Assembly: GCA_031389785.1 (NCBI GenBank)
Contig: JANMSX010000026.1
Coordinates: 59,148-123,147, forward strand
Reading direction: 5' to 3'
DNA: 64,000 bases
From: Desulfobulbaceae bacterium
Lineage (GTDB): Bacteria > Desulfobacterota > Desulfobulbia > Desulfobulbales > Desulfocapsaceae
In this document: positions 49,608-59,773 of the stretch, one piece after another
Layout: every line of letters begins with the position of its first letter
Numbering within the stretch: the first letter of the stretch is position 1
Translations under genes and position numbers: made by a program
The notes under the pieces: model-generated
What the model saw: only the letters and a program-made list of their open reading frames with translations
Told to the model about the DNA's origin: nothing
Database searches by the model: none

Positions 49608-50462
49608 TCATTCTTCGGCGCCGGCTCGCGGGGACCAGTCCATACCGATATCACAGGACGGGGCCGAGTGGGTCAGTGCCCCGATCGAGATGATATCAAC
49701 ACCGGTCGCGGCGATCTCTTCGACAGTGGCGAGATTGACCCTGCCCGAGGCCTCGACCAGGGCCTGGCCGCCGATGCAGGCGACGGCCTCTTTCATCTCG
49801 GCGGTCGTCATGTTGTCGAGCATGATGATATCGACCCGGCAGGCCAGGCATTCCCTGACCTGCTCGAGGGTATCGGTCTCCACCTCGATGCGGATGGTGT
49901 GCGGCACCCTGGCCCTGACCCTGGCCACCGCCCCGGTGATCGAACCGCAGGCTGCGATATGGTTGTCCTTGATCAGCACCCCGTCGGCGAGGTTGAAGCG
50001 GTGATTGGCGCCGCCGCCGGCCTGCACCGCGTATTTCTCGAGAAGGCGCAGACCGGGTGTGGTCTTTCTGGTGTCGGTGATACGCACCGGACAGCCCCGG
50101 ACCAGGTCGACGAAACGGGCAGTCAGGGTGGCGATGCCCGAGAGCCGCTGCAGCAGGTTGAGGGCCACCCGTTCCGCCTTCAACAGATCGATCACCGGCC
50201 CGCGCACCGTGAGCAGCACCTCGCCCGGCTGCACCCTCGTCCCGTCGGCGATCGGCCCCAAGGTCTCGATGGCGGCATTCTGCACCTTGAAGACCTCGGC
50301 CGCAATCGCCCCGGCCCCGGCGACGACACAGCTCTCGCGGGCCACCAGACGGGCGCTGCCGGTCTCGGCGTCGGAGAAAATCGATTCACTGGTCAGATCG
50401 CCCCTGCCGATATCCTCAGCCAGAAACGATCGGATCATGCCATGCAGCAGATTCCTGTCCAT
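49608..50462 (-). CDS. nadC: Quinolinate phosphoribosyltransferase
   Basis: EDIGRGDLT, ERVALN, DTRKTTPG, NHRFNL, IKDNH, IMLDN, EASG; start ATG 50462. Confidence 0.96.
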   Translation of the reverse strand: MDRNLLHGMIRSFLAEDIGRGDLTSESIFSDAETGSARLVARESCVVAGAGAIAAEVFKVQNAAIETLGPIADGTRVQPGEVLLTVRGPVIDLLKAERVALNLLQRLSGIATLTARFVDLVRGCPVRITDTRKTTPGLRLLEKYAVQAGGGANHRFNLADGVLIKDNHIAACGSITGAVARVRARVPHTIRIEVETDTLEQVRECLACRVDIIMLDNMTTAEMKEAVACIGGQALVEASGRVNLATVEEIAATGVDIISIGALTHSAPSCDIGMDWSPRAGAEE

Positions 50463-50466
50463 GCGA

Positions 50467-53136
50467 TCACCCCATCTTCCGCAGGCGCTCTTCCGCCTCG
50501 GCGATTGCGGCCAGTCGCGCGGCAAGGGCTTCCTGTTTCTCCTGCTCCTTGGCGACGACGTCACCGGGGGCGTTGGCGAGAAACTTGTCGTTGCCGAGCT
50601 TGCCCCTGACCTGGTTGAGTTTGGCCTCGGTCTTCTGCCGCTCCCGGCCCAGTTTTTCCAATTCCGCCGCGACATCGACCAGCCCTTTCAGCGGCACGTA
50701 AATCTCGATATCGTTATAGATATAGGTCGCCGCATCGTTCGGTTTTTCTCCCCCGACCTGGACGCTGAGAGCGCTTAGCCGGGTCATGTCGGTAACGGCA
50801 GCGGCGAACGAATCGATCAGGGTCCTGGTCTCCTCGTCGTTGCAGACGACACAGACGGTTATCCGGGCCGATGGGTGGATATCGGTCTCGGAGCGGATAT
50901 TGCGGATGCCTGTGATGATGCCCATCAGCAAGGTCATCTGCTCCTCAGCCCCGGCATTCCGCCAGCCCTCCTGCTCCTCCGGGAAACTCTCGGTCATCAG
51001 GGTCGAACGCCCGCCCGGCAGCACGCTCCAGATCTCTTCAGTGACGAAAGGGGTGATCGGGTGGATGAGTTTCAATACGGTCTCGAGGACCACCAGCAAT
51101 ACGCCCCTGGCCTGTCTCTTGGCCGTCTCGTCGCTGCTGAACAGGTCGGCCTTGATCCACTCGAGGTACCAATCACAGAATTCATGCCAGATGAACTGGT
51201 AGTTGGCCGAGGCCACGTCATTGAAATGATAGCCGTCAAGTCCCGCCCGCACCGCGCTTATCGTGGCCGCCGTGCGGCTGAGGATCCACTGGTGGACCAG
51301 GGGCAGTTCCTGCGGCCTGCTTGCGACCTCACGGATGCCGAGGTCGCAGTCGCTGACATGCATCAGGGCGAAACGGGCGGCATTCCAGATCTTGTTGATG
51401 AAAAAGCGGTAGCCCTCGATCCGCTCTTCGTCGAGCCTGATCTCGCGGCCCTGAGCGGCGAAGGCGGTCAAGGTGAAGCGCATCGCGTCGGTGCCGTATC
51501 TGCCCATGACCTCGAGGGGATCAATGACGTTGCCGGTCGATTTCGACATCTTCTTGCCGTGCTTGTCGCGCACCAGGGCATGGAGATAGACGTCCCTGAA
51601 GGGGACCTCGTCCATGAAATGCAGGCCCATCATCATCATCCGGGCGACCCAGAAGAAGAGGATATCGAAACTGGTGATGAGCACCGAGGTGGGGTAAAAC
51701 GTCTCGAGTTCTTTGGTTTTTTCCGGCCAGCCCATGGTCGAGAACGGCCAGAGGGCCGAGGAGAACCAGGTGTCGAGGACGTCCTTTTCCTGTTCAAGCC
51801 TGAGCGAGGCGCATTTCGGGCAACTTGCGGGATCGCTCGACTCGACGATCAACTCGCCGCAATCGAGACAGGTCCAGGCCGGGATGCGGTGGCCCCACCA
51901 GATCTGACGGGAGATGCACCAGTCGCGAATGTTGTCCATCCAGCCGTAGAAGGTATTGTACCAGGTCTTCGGGTAAATCCTGATCCGCTCGTCGCGCACC
52001 GCCGCCACGGCCTTGTCGGCCAATGGTCGGACCGAGACGAACCATTGCAGGGAGGTAGTCGGTTCGATGACGGTCTTGCAGCGATAGCAGAGACCGACGG
52101 CATGGTCGTACTCCTCGACTTTTTCGAGAAACCCGAGGCGCTCCAGATCCGCCACCAGCTGTTTCCGGCAGGCGAAACGATCAAGGCCCCGGTAGGCCCC
52201 GGCCGCCTCGTTCATCACGCCCTTGTCGTCTATCACCTTCAGCAGTTCCAGACCATGCCGCTGGCCGATCTCATAATCGTCGCGGTCATGGGAGGGGGTG
52301 ACCTTGAGGGCGCCGGTGCCGAAGTCCATCTGCACGTGGTTGTCGAAGACGATCGGGATGACCCGATCGGTCAGCGGCAAATTGATACCGACCCCGGCCA
52401 GCTTGCGGTAGCGCTCGTCGTCGGGATGCACCGCTACGCCGGTATCGCCGAGCATGGTCTCGGGCCTGGTGGTGGCCACCACCAGGTGGCCCGAACCGTC
52501 GGCGAAGGGATAGCGGATATGGTAGAGCTTACCCTTCTTGTCCTCGTGCTCGACCTCGTCATCGGACAGGGCCGTCTGGCAGCGAGGACACCAGTTGACC
52601 ATATAGTCGCCCTTGTAGATCAGACCCTCCTTGAAGAGGCGGACAAAGACCTCGCGCACCGCCTTCGACAGACCCTCATCCATGGTGAAGCGCTCGCGCT
52701 GCCAGTCGCAGGAGGAACCGAGCCTCCGCAGCTGGTTGATGATCGTGCCGCCCTTTTCTTCCCGCCATTCCCAGACCTTGTCGATAAAGGCCTCGCGGCC
52801 GAGGTCGTGCCGGCTCTTGCCTTCGGTCGCCAGCTGCCTTTCGACGACATTCTGGGTGGCGATGCCGGCATGGTCGGTACCGGGAATCCAGACGGTATTG
52901 TCACCGCACATGCGGTGATAGCGGGTGAGGATATCCTGCAGGGTGTTGTTGAGGGCATGACCGACGTGCAGCACTCCGGTGACGTTCGGCGGCGGGATGA
53001 CGATCGAGAACGAGGGCCGGCCTTCCACCATGGTGGCGGCAAAGCAGTTGTGCTCCTGCCAGTGCCTCAGCCACTTTTCTTCGACGGTGGAAAAATCATA
53101 CCCCTTGCTCAACAGATTTTCTTCGTTGCTTGCCAT
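50467..53136 (-). CDS. valS: Valine-tRNA ligase
   Basis: PPPNVTGVLHVGH, DHAGIATQ, DWCISRQIWWGH, KMSKS. Confidence 0.99.
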   Translation of the reverse strand: MASNEENLLSKGYDFSTVEEKWLRHWQEHNCFAATMVEGRPSFSIVIPPPNVTGVLHVGHALNNTLQDILTRYHRMCGDNTVWIPGTDHAGIATQNVVERQLATEGKSRHDLGREAFIDKVWEWREEKGGTIINQLRRLGSSCDWQRERFTMDEGLSKAVREVFVRLFKEGLIYKGDYMVNWCPRCQTALSDDEVEHEDKKGKLYHIRYPFADGSGHLVVATTRPETMLGDTGVAVHPDDERYRKLAGVGINLPLTDRVIPIVFDNHVQMDFGTGALKVTPSHDRDDYEIGQRHGLELLKVIDDKGVMNEAAGAYRGLDRFACRKQLVADLERLGFLEKVEEYDHAVGLCYRCKTVIEPTTSLQWFVSVRPLADKAVAAVRDERIRIYPKTWYNTFYGWMDNIRDWCISRQIWWGHRIPAWTCLDCGELIVESSDPASCPKCASLRLEQEKDVLDTWFSSALWPFSTMGWPEKTKELETFYPTSVLITSFDILFFWVARMMMMGLHFMDEVPFRDVYLHALVRDKHGKKMSKSTGNVIDPLEVMGRYGTDAMRFTLTAFAAQGREIRLDEERIEGYRFFINKIWNAARFALMHVSDCDLGIREVASRPQELPLVHQWILSRTAATISAVRAGLDGYHFNDVASANYQFIWHEFCDWYLEWIKADLFSSDETAKRQARGVLLVVLETVLKLIHPITPFVTEEIWSVLPGGRSTLMTESFPEEQEGWRNAGAEEQMTLLMGIITGIRNIRSETDIHPSARITVCVVCNDEETRTLIDSFAAAVTDMTRLSALSVQVGGEKPNDAATYIYNDIEIYVPLKGLVDVAAELEKLGRERQKTEAKLNQVRGKLGNDKFLANAPGDVVAKEQEKQEALAARLAAIAEAEERLRKMG

Positions 53137-53405
53137 GACTGTGATGATGAAAGTTGTAATTAATCAGCGAAATCCCGACTGAATTCGTTGCCGTGAAATC
53201 GGCGGACAGAGGCCGGCGACGGGAAAGGACGGTTGTGGATCTCAGAGGGGGATACGGTAACTGCGAATCTGCCCAGACACTACCTACGACGGATCTTTAA
53301 TTCAACATTTTTTCGGTAAGACTGGGGGAAAAGCCCCCTTTCAGGAGAAAAAAGGCCAGAAGGCGGCAGGACGTGGAGCGGTATCGGCTGGTGCGCCGGT
53401 CCGGG

Positions 53406-54500
53406 CTATTTGGCGCTCCACGGTTTCGGCAGAAAGATGTGCTCGAAGAGGTTCAAGGCGTAGCGGTCGGTCATGCCGGCGATATAGTCGCAGACCTGGC
53501 GATGGGCGGTCTTCTCGTCCGGCCAGTCGCCCTCCTCTTCGCCCGGCTCCCAGCTTTCGCCTGGCCGGGCGGCAAGGCCGTGCTCAAGAAAATAGGTATA
53601 GAGGTCGCGGATGATCCGCTGGGCCTTTTCGAATTCGTTGTGGACCTTGTAATAGCGGTAGACGTTCTCGTAGAGGAAGGCGCGCAGGTTGGTGATCGCC
53701 TCGAGCATCGCCTCGCTGATATGCAGCTGCCCGTCATCGGCCTGTAATGTCTCGACGATCAGGTCCCGGACCATGGCCCCGATCCGCCGCGAATGGCGTT
53801 CCCCGACCACATCCTTGATCTTCTGCGGCAGGTCCTTGCCCTTTAAGACCCCCGAGCGCAGGGCGTCATCCATGTCGTGGTTGACGTAGGCGATGATGTC
53901 GGCCAGCCGCACCAGTTGTCCCTCCAGGGTGGCGGCGAGCTCCGAACTCTCCTTCGGCAGGATATCGCTGTTGCCCTTGGAATGTTTGACGATGCCGTTG
54001 CGCACCTCGAAGGTCAGGTTCAGGCCCTGGCCCCGGTTTTCCAGGCTATCGACCACTCGCAGACTGTGGATGTAGTGGCGGAAGCCGCCGGGGTGGAGCT
54101 CGTTGAGGGTGGCCTCGCCGGCATGGCCGAAGGGCGTATGGCCGAGATCATGGCCGAGGGCGATGGCCTCGGTCAGGGTTTCGTTGAGGCAGAGGGCGGT
54201 GGCCATACTCCTGCCGATCTGGGAGACCTCGAGGACATGGGTGAGTCGGGTGCGGTAGTGATCGCCGGTCGGGGCGAGGAAGACCTGGGTCTTGTGCTTG
54301 AGGCGGCGAAAGGTCTTGGAATGGGTGATCCGGTCACGATCGCGCTGAAAGGGCAGACGGATATCGCTGAGGTCGTCCTCCTCATGACGGATGCGCCCCC
54401 TGGAGTGCTTGTTCAGGGCGGCGTACGGCGAGAGGATCTGCTCCTCCCGGTCTTCCAGCTGTCTTCTGATCGATGTGCCGATAACAGGTGTAAATGCCAT
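53406..54500 (-). CDS. dGTP triphosphohydrolase-like protein
   Basis: FQRDRDRI, FRRLKHKTQVF, RTRLTH, GHDLGHTPFGHAGE, DYIAGMTD. Confidence 0.93.
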   Translation of the reverse strand: MAFTPVIGTSIRRQLEDREEQILSPYAALNKHSRGRIRHEEDDLSDIRLPFQRDRDRITHSKTFRRLKHKTQVFLAPTGDHYRTRLTHVLEVSQIGRSMATALCLNETLTEAIALGHDLGHTPFGHAGEATLNELHPGGFRHYIHSLRVVDSLENRGQGLNLTFEVRNGIVKHSKGNSDILPKESSELAATLEGQLVRLADIIAYVNHDMDDALRSGVLKGKDLPQKIKDVVGERHSRRIGAMVRDLIVETLQADDGQLHISEAMLEAITNLRAFLYENVYRYYKVHNEFEKAQRIIRDLYTYFLEHGLAARPGESWEPGEEEGDWPDEKTAHRQVCDYIAGMTDRYALNLFEHIFLPKPWSAK

Positions 54501-54757
54501 GCTTTTTCTCAGTCTGTCGAGGATTGCAGGGAAATAACCTCACCTGTTTTCTTTACACACCCCGACAGGCGAACGCAAGCATGAAAGGCAGCAGGGCACA
54601 GAAAGGGCCGGTTCGGCCCGCCGTGCCCGCAGGCCGCGACCTTGAAAGCCGGTGGAGCAAGGTAAAGGGTATAGACTGAAGCGTATCATATCACTGCTAT
54701 CCTGGATTCTCGTGGCCCGGATCCCGACTGCGCTGGAGAGATCCGCTAAGGTCCCTG

Positions 54758-55723
54758 TCAGCTGCCGTTTTCCGGATCAGACCCGGCGGAATCAGTCTCA
54801 GGCAAGCCTGCCTCGAAGGGGCGGTCCCGGCGGAAATCAGGCAGGTAGTGATCCTGGCTGGCGAGCTCCTGGATAAAGGCGTTATCCAGGCCAAGGTCGA
54901 GGGCGTACAGCATGATCTCGTCGTATTCGTCCTCGGTCAGGGTCCGGTCGATGCCGGGATGGTCGCATGCCCTGTACTGCGGTGAATACTGCGACATGAT
55001 GCTGACGAAGATATGCGGAGAGAGATCGGCCAGATAGCGAAGGCACCGCCGGCTGTTTTCGAGGTGGCCGGGCAGAACCAGGTGCCGCACCAGGAGGCCC
55101 CGCGTCGCCACCCCCGCCTCGTCGAGCTGCAGATGGCCGACCTGGGCGAGCATCTCCTCGATAGCCGCCGGGGCGATATCGGCATAGTCGTCCACCGCCG
55201 AATACCGGCGGCCCGGGTCGTTGTCGAGGTACTTCAGGTCCGGCAGATAGATATCCACCAGCCCCCGGATCAGCCTGAGGGACTCGACCTCGTCGTAGCC
55301 GTTCGAGTTGTACACCACCGGAATGGCCAAGCCCTTTTCCTTCGCCCTGACAATCGCATCGGCCATCTGGAAGATCATCTGGGAAGGGGAGACGAAGTTG
55401 ATATTGTGGGCGCCTTCGTCCTGCAGCTGCAGCATGATCGAGGCCAGTTCGTCGCTGGTCAGCAGCCAGGTCGGATGCTGTTTGAATTCCTGGCTGATCT
55501 GGTAATTCTGGCAGAACACGCAGCAGAGATTACAGCCGGCAAAAAAGATGGTCCCCGATCCGCGCGTGCCGGATAGCGGCGGCTCCTCGCCGAAATGCAG
55601 GCCGGCATGGGAGATCAGGATGCCGGGTGGAACCCGGCAGAAACCGGCCTCCCCGGCCAGACGATCGACACCGCAGTGGCGCGGGCAGCATGTACAGTGG
55701 TTAAGTTTTTCAGTAAAAATCAT
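54758..55723 (-). CDS. Radical SAM protein (PflX-like)
   Basis: HFGEEP, GSGTIFFAGCNLCCVFCQN, GAHNIN, DIYLPDLKY, VRHLVLPG. Confidence 0.9.
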   Translation of the reverse strand: MIFTEKLNHCTCCPRHCGVDRLAGEAGFCRVPPGILISHAGLHFGEEPPLSGTRGSGTIFFAGCNLCCVFCQNYQISQEFKQHPTWLLTSDELASIMLQLQDEGAHNINFVSPSQMIFQMADAIVRAKEKGLAIPVVYNSNGYDEVESLRLIRGLVDIYLPDLKYLDNDPGRRYSAVDDYADIAPAAIEEMLAQVGHLQLDEAGVATRGLLVRHLVLPGHLENSRRCLRYLADLSPHIFVSIMSQYSPQYRACDHPGIDRTLTEDEYDEIMLYALDLGLDNAFIQELASQDHYLPDFRRDRPFEAGLPETDSAGSDPENGS

Positions 55724-55741
55724 ATCCAGCGAATTTTCCGT

Positions 55742-56584
55742 TTAACCATTTGATTTTCCGCCCCAAGTCCGTTCGCTCCGGGCCGCCTTCTTCGCGACGA
55801 TGTTCCAGGTGTCCGTCATCAGGAAGGAATCTCGATATCTCTCGAGCATCGAGACGAACATGCCGAAAGGCACGGTGAACGACAGCTCGTCGGGCCGGAA
55901 TAACTTCCTCGCCGAGGGGTCCCAACCGCCAAGGACGGCCTTCACCGCCCCTCTGCTGAGGTAATGGTAGGGCCAGGCGGCAATCGAACCGCAGGCCGCC
56001 GCCCAGGGCGACATGACGACCTCCGGGTCGTTGGTGACGAAGGTCGCCAACTGGTGCAGGCCGCAGAGAGGCTCCGGGCGGGTGAAAAAGATCACCAGAC
56101 TGGGTTCCTCATCTCCCTTGAACTGCAGCAACGGCTTGACTATGCAGTATTTCCCTGGGGCCGGGCAGGGATCCAGGCGGGTGAAAATCGCCCGCAGGGC
56201 CTCCGGCGACTCGCAGTAGTGCTCTCCCTCCGACCAGCCGGGAATCCCCGAGGTGACATACCTGAGTATGGTCTCGGTCTGCGGCTTGTGGTAGCCGAGG
56301 AAAAAGGACCCGCCCGGGCAGCCGGGCTGCTCGGCGGCGAAAACCGCCGCGGTCTTCTTCTGCCTTGCCCGCCAGATCACCCCCATGACGCAGGAGAATG
56401 ACGCGAAGACCGCCTGCCAGTTGATCTCGCCCCGCTGCTCCCGCTCCGGCGTCGGCGGTTCCATTGCCGGCGGCGATATCGCCCCCTCGGGCATATGGTC
56501 GCTGTACACCAGGCCCATCGGTTCTTCCGCCAGGCCGAGCTTGTCGAGAAAAGACGCCAGTTCACGTTCGATCATTGCCTGCAT
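55742..56584 (-). CDS. DUF169 family protein
   Basis: FSCV...GCPGG...AACGS...GGWDPSAR pattern. Confidence 0.75.
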   Translation of the reverse strand: MQAMIERELASFLDKLGLAEEPMGLVYSDHMPEGAISPPAMEPPTPEREQRGEINWQAVFASFSCVMGVIWRARQKKTAAVFAAEQPGCPGGSFFLGYHKPQTETILRYVTSGIPGWSEGEHYCESPEALRAIFTRLDPCPAPGKYCIVKPLLQFKGDEEPSLVIFFTRPEPLCGLHQLATFVTNDPEVVMSPWAAACGSIAAWPYHYLSRGAVKAVLGGWDPSARKLFRPDELSFTVPFGMFVSMLERYRDSFLMTDTWNIVAKKAARSERTWGGKSNG

Positions 56585-56629
56585 GGCATGTGCTCCTTTC
56601 TGTGCTGATGGAATCGATAGCGATAGTTC

Positions 56630-57226
56630 CTACGTCTGTTCGAAGGCGATCAGGCCGACCGCCGTGTTCCGTCGCAGGGCTTCCAACAATGAGGCCGCCA
56701 TTTCCCAGGGATAATGCGGATAGCTGCCGGCCGCCTCCTCGATTTTCCGGGCAAAGATCGCCATGAGCCCTTTGCAGACTGCCTGGGCGTGGGGACCAAT
56801 CCCCTCGTATTCGATGAAGAGGATGGCATCGATGAGGTCGGCGAGCTTGATTGCGATCAGGTGCTCCGGGTTCCGCCTGAGGATGTCCTCCCGCATCTCG
56901 TCAAGCCAGGGGGCAATCTGCCGCTCGATCTCGCGAATCGGGTTGTGGTCTCCGCAGATCGCCTCGATATGCCGCTTCAGCGGGCTCGGCAGGTCGCCCA
57001 TCAGCAGTTCCGGGGCATCATGCAGGGAGGCATATTCCATGATCCGCAGCAGACCGGCATCGTCGAGATCGGCGCCGAAGATATCCTTGGCCAGACGGTT
57101 GGAAATCCGCGTCACCATGAAGAGGTGTTCGGCCAGGGTCTGATCCCTGGAGGTCCTGACGCTGTGCCAGCGGGTGACATGGCCGGCCCTGGCCAGGTCG
57201 GCGAGTTCGAGCTTGGGGAGTATCAT
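56630..57226 (-). CDS. HD-domain hydrolase (YfbR-like 5'-deoxynucleotidase)
   Basis: VTRW, TLAEH, LHDAPE...GDLPSPLK, IKLAD. Confidence 0.85.
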   Translation of the reverse strand: MILPKLELADLARAGHVTRWHSVRTSRDQTLAEHLFMVTRISNRLAKDIFGADLDDAGLLRIMEYASLHDAPELLMGDLPSPLKRHIEAICGDHNPIREIERQIAPWLDEMREDILRRNPEHLIAIKLADLIDAILFIEYEGIGPHAQAVCKGLMAIFARKIEEAAGSYPHYPWEMAASLLEALRRNTAVGLIAFEQT

Positions 57227-57675
57227 GCGGAATAGTACCGGACATGGTTATGCGGGCGGCGAGGCCCGGAATTTCAAGATAAGGTCAGTCGGCGGCACCA
57301 CGCCCGGTTCCCGGGCCTCGACCAAGCCGACAACTGCCAATATACCTGATCTGCCGCCACACTCAAGACCATTCCACAGCCTGATCCGCCGGCTGGTCAG
57401 AGTCAGGCCCGCGCCACTACAGATATTTTATCGTGCAGAAGCTCCATGCCCTGTATTCCCAGTCATTTCCACGGCCAACCCCGAAGATTCCCCTGCCGAA
57501 ATCTACCGCTGCCGGCACTTTTCCGGTCGCTGCCGGCCCTTTTCCCTTTCGTTGAACCCGCACTCGTACTACACTGCCAGGCGGCAGAGGACAGAACCGG
57601 CAACCGCCGCCGCAGGCGAGACCACCCTCCTGCCGGCCGGCCTGCCGGGAACAGAACGCACAGCTCAGGCGGACC

Positions 57676-58425
57676 ATGACCACCCTCCAGCAGCTCAACA
57701 AGCATATCCAACTGACCGAGATCCGCTTTCCCGACTATATCGTCCGGGGCGGCCTGTTCCTCGGCGAGAAGACGGCTGTGGTCTGGGACAGCCTCAGCCA
57801 TCCCGGCGACATGCTGGCGCTCCTGCCGCTCATCGCCGGCCGTCAGGTGACGGTGATCTACAGCCATGCCGACTGGGACCATATCTGGGGCACGGCGGCC
57901 CTCGCCGGCGCCGGGCTGACCGTCATCGGCCACCGCCGCTGCCGGCAGCGTTTCGACGAGGACGTGCCGCTGACCCTGCGGGAAAGGCGGTTGGCTGAAC
58001 CCGGCCTCTGGGAGGCGGTGCGCCTGATGCCGCCGGATATCGTTTTTGACCGGGAATACCGCCTCGACCTCGGTGAATTCACTCTGGAACTTCGGGCCCT
58101 GCCAGGCCACACCCCGGACTCCGTGGTCGGTCTGGTCCCCGAATACGGCCTGCTGTTCATGGGCGATACGGTCGAGACGCCGCTGCCCTGCCTGCCGCCC
58201 GACTGCCCGCTGCAGGAATGGCTGGCGGGGCTCGAACACTGGCTGCACGACCCGCGCGTCAGGATCGTCATCCCGGCCCACGGTCCCTGGGGCGGCAGGG
58301 AGATCATAAGCAGGACCATCGCCTACCTGCAGGACCTGGCCGCCGGCAGGCCGCGGCTTGACGCAGATGACTTGAGTCCCTTCTACCGGCAGACACACCT
58401 GGAAAATCTCCGCAACTGCGCATAA
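57676..58425 (+). CDS. MBL-fold metallo-hydrolase
   Basis: SHADWDH, PGHTPD, MGD, IPAHG. Confidence 0.88.
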   Translation: MTTLQQLNKHIQLTEIRFPDYIVRGGLFLGEKTAVVWDSLSHPGDMLALLPLIAGRQVTVIYSHADWDHIWGTAALAGAGLTVIGHRRCRQRFDEDVPLTLRERRLAEPGLWEAVRLMPPDIVFDREYRLDLGEFTLELRALPGHTPDSVVGLVPEYGLLFMGDTVETPLPCLPPDCPLQEWLAGLEHWLHDPRVRIVIPAHGPWGGREIISRTIAYLQDLAAGRPRLDADDLSPFYRQTHLENLRNCA

Positions 58426-58609
58426 CCTATCGGCTGGACGGGCTTCTCCGCCTTGACGGGGAGGGGCTTTTGCTGGTACCCTGCGGCACATTTCAACCCT
58501 CTGCAGAAGGAGCCGCCATGCCCGGCATATTGCCCGAACCCATCACCCGGCTGCCCCTGGGCGGGACACCATGCATGCGGCAGACGCACATACCCTTGAG
58601 GAACGCAGG

Positions 58610-58996
58610 ATGCATATCGACAGCATCGACCACCTGGTTCTGACCGTCGCCAATATCCACGCCACGGTCTTTTTCTATACCCGGGCCCTGGCCATGGAGG
58701 AGGTGATCTCCAGCGATGGGCGAGTCGCCCTCCATTTCGGCCGCCAGAAAATCAATCTCCATCCGGCCGAAGAGACGACCCTTCCGAGGGCCGGCAATCC
58801 GCAGCCAGGCAGCGCCGATCTCTGCTTTCTCACCAGCACCCCCCTCGATGCGGTGATCCGCCATCTCCAGAATCAGGGTGTGCAGATCATCGAAGGACCG
58901 GTTCGCCGCCGCGGCGCCCCCGGCCCCCTTTCCTCCATCTATATCAGGGACCCGGACGACAACCTCATCGAAGTGGCGAATCTGCTTACCGAATAG
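58610..58996 (+). CDS. VOC/glyoxalase family protein
   Basis: IDHLVLTV, QKINLH, PGSADLCF, SIYIRDPDDNLIEV. Confidence 0.9.
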   Translation: MHIDSIDHLVLTVANIHATVFFYTRALAMEEVISSDGRVALHFGRQKINLHPAEETTLPRAGNPQPGSADLCFLTSTPLDAVIRHLQNQGVQIIEGPVRRRGAPGPLSSIYIRDPDDNLIEVANLLTE

Positions 58997-59153
58997 AATA
59001 CGTCCGGCAGCGCATCTCTTCTCTCCCCTCCTCTTGACAGAAGGCCATGAGATACGAATATTTGCTGAACAACCGCTGTTCTGAAGGTGCCGCGCCCGAC
59101 CCGGGAAGGCGGCGGCGCTCTTTGCACCAGAACCCTCACACAGGAGTACTCTG

Positions 59154-59654
59154 ATGGCGACAATCACACTGAAAGGAAACCCGATCGAAACCGCAGGCAG
59201 CCTGCCGGCCATCGGCAGCCAGGCCCCTGCCTTCAATCTGATCAAAACGGATCTTTCCCCCTGCAGCCAGGACGATTTTTCCGGCAAGACCCTGGTCCTC
59301 AATATCTTCCCGAGCCTCGACACCCCGATCTGCGCCGCCTCGGTGCGCCGGTTCAATGCCGAGGCCATTCTCCAGAAGGACACCGTCGTCCTCTGCATCT
59401 CCGCCGACCTGCCATTCGCCCACAAGCGCTTCTGCGAGGCGGACGGCCTGGAAAATGTCATCCCGCTGTCAGTCTTCCGTTCCCCGGCCTTCGGCCTCGA
59501 CTACGGTGTGACCATCACCAGCGGCCCGCTGACCGGGCTCCTGGCCAGGGCCGTCGTCATCATCAATGCGGACGGCAGGGTGGTGTATACCGAACTTGTG
59601 CCGGAAATCGCCCAGGAACCCGATTACCACCAGGCCCTGAGCATTCTGCCCTGA
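59154..59654 (+). CDS. tpx: Thiol peroxidase
   Basis: FPSLDTPIC, ISADLPFAHKRFC, LLARAV, EPDY. Confidence 0.96.
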   Translation: MATITLKGNPIETAGSLPAIGSQAPAFNLIKTDLSPCSQDDFSGKTLVLNIFPSLDTPICAASVRRFNAEAILQKDTVVLCISADLPFAHKRFCEADGLENVIPLSVFRSPAFGLDYGVTITSGPLTGLLARAVVIINADGRVVYTELVPEIAQEPDYHQALSILP

Positions 59655-59665
59655 GCGGCCCCAGA

Positions 59666-59729
59666 GGACGGGGAATTCACCCGGGTATTCCCGAATACAG
59701 CAATATCCGGGTGGATTCCCCGTCCTTTT
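59666..59729 (+). terminator. Long hairpin and T-run after tpx
   Basis: ggacggggaattcacccgggtatt...aatatccgggtggattccccgtcc-tttt. Confidence 0.55.
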
Positions 59730-59773
59730 CCCACTATCCTCTTTCATGAACACAGCCTGAAGGAGGATGACCC

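Noticed and set aside
50875-53163. 762-aa plus-strand ORF
   Set aside because: Antisense to valS.
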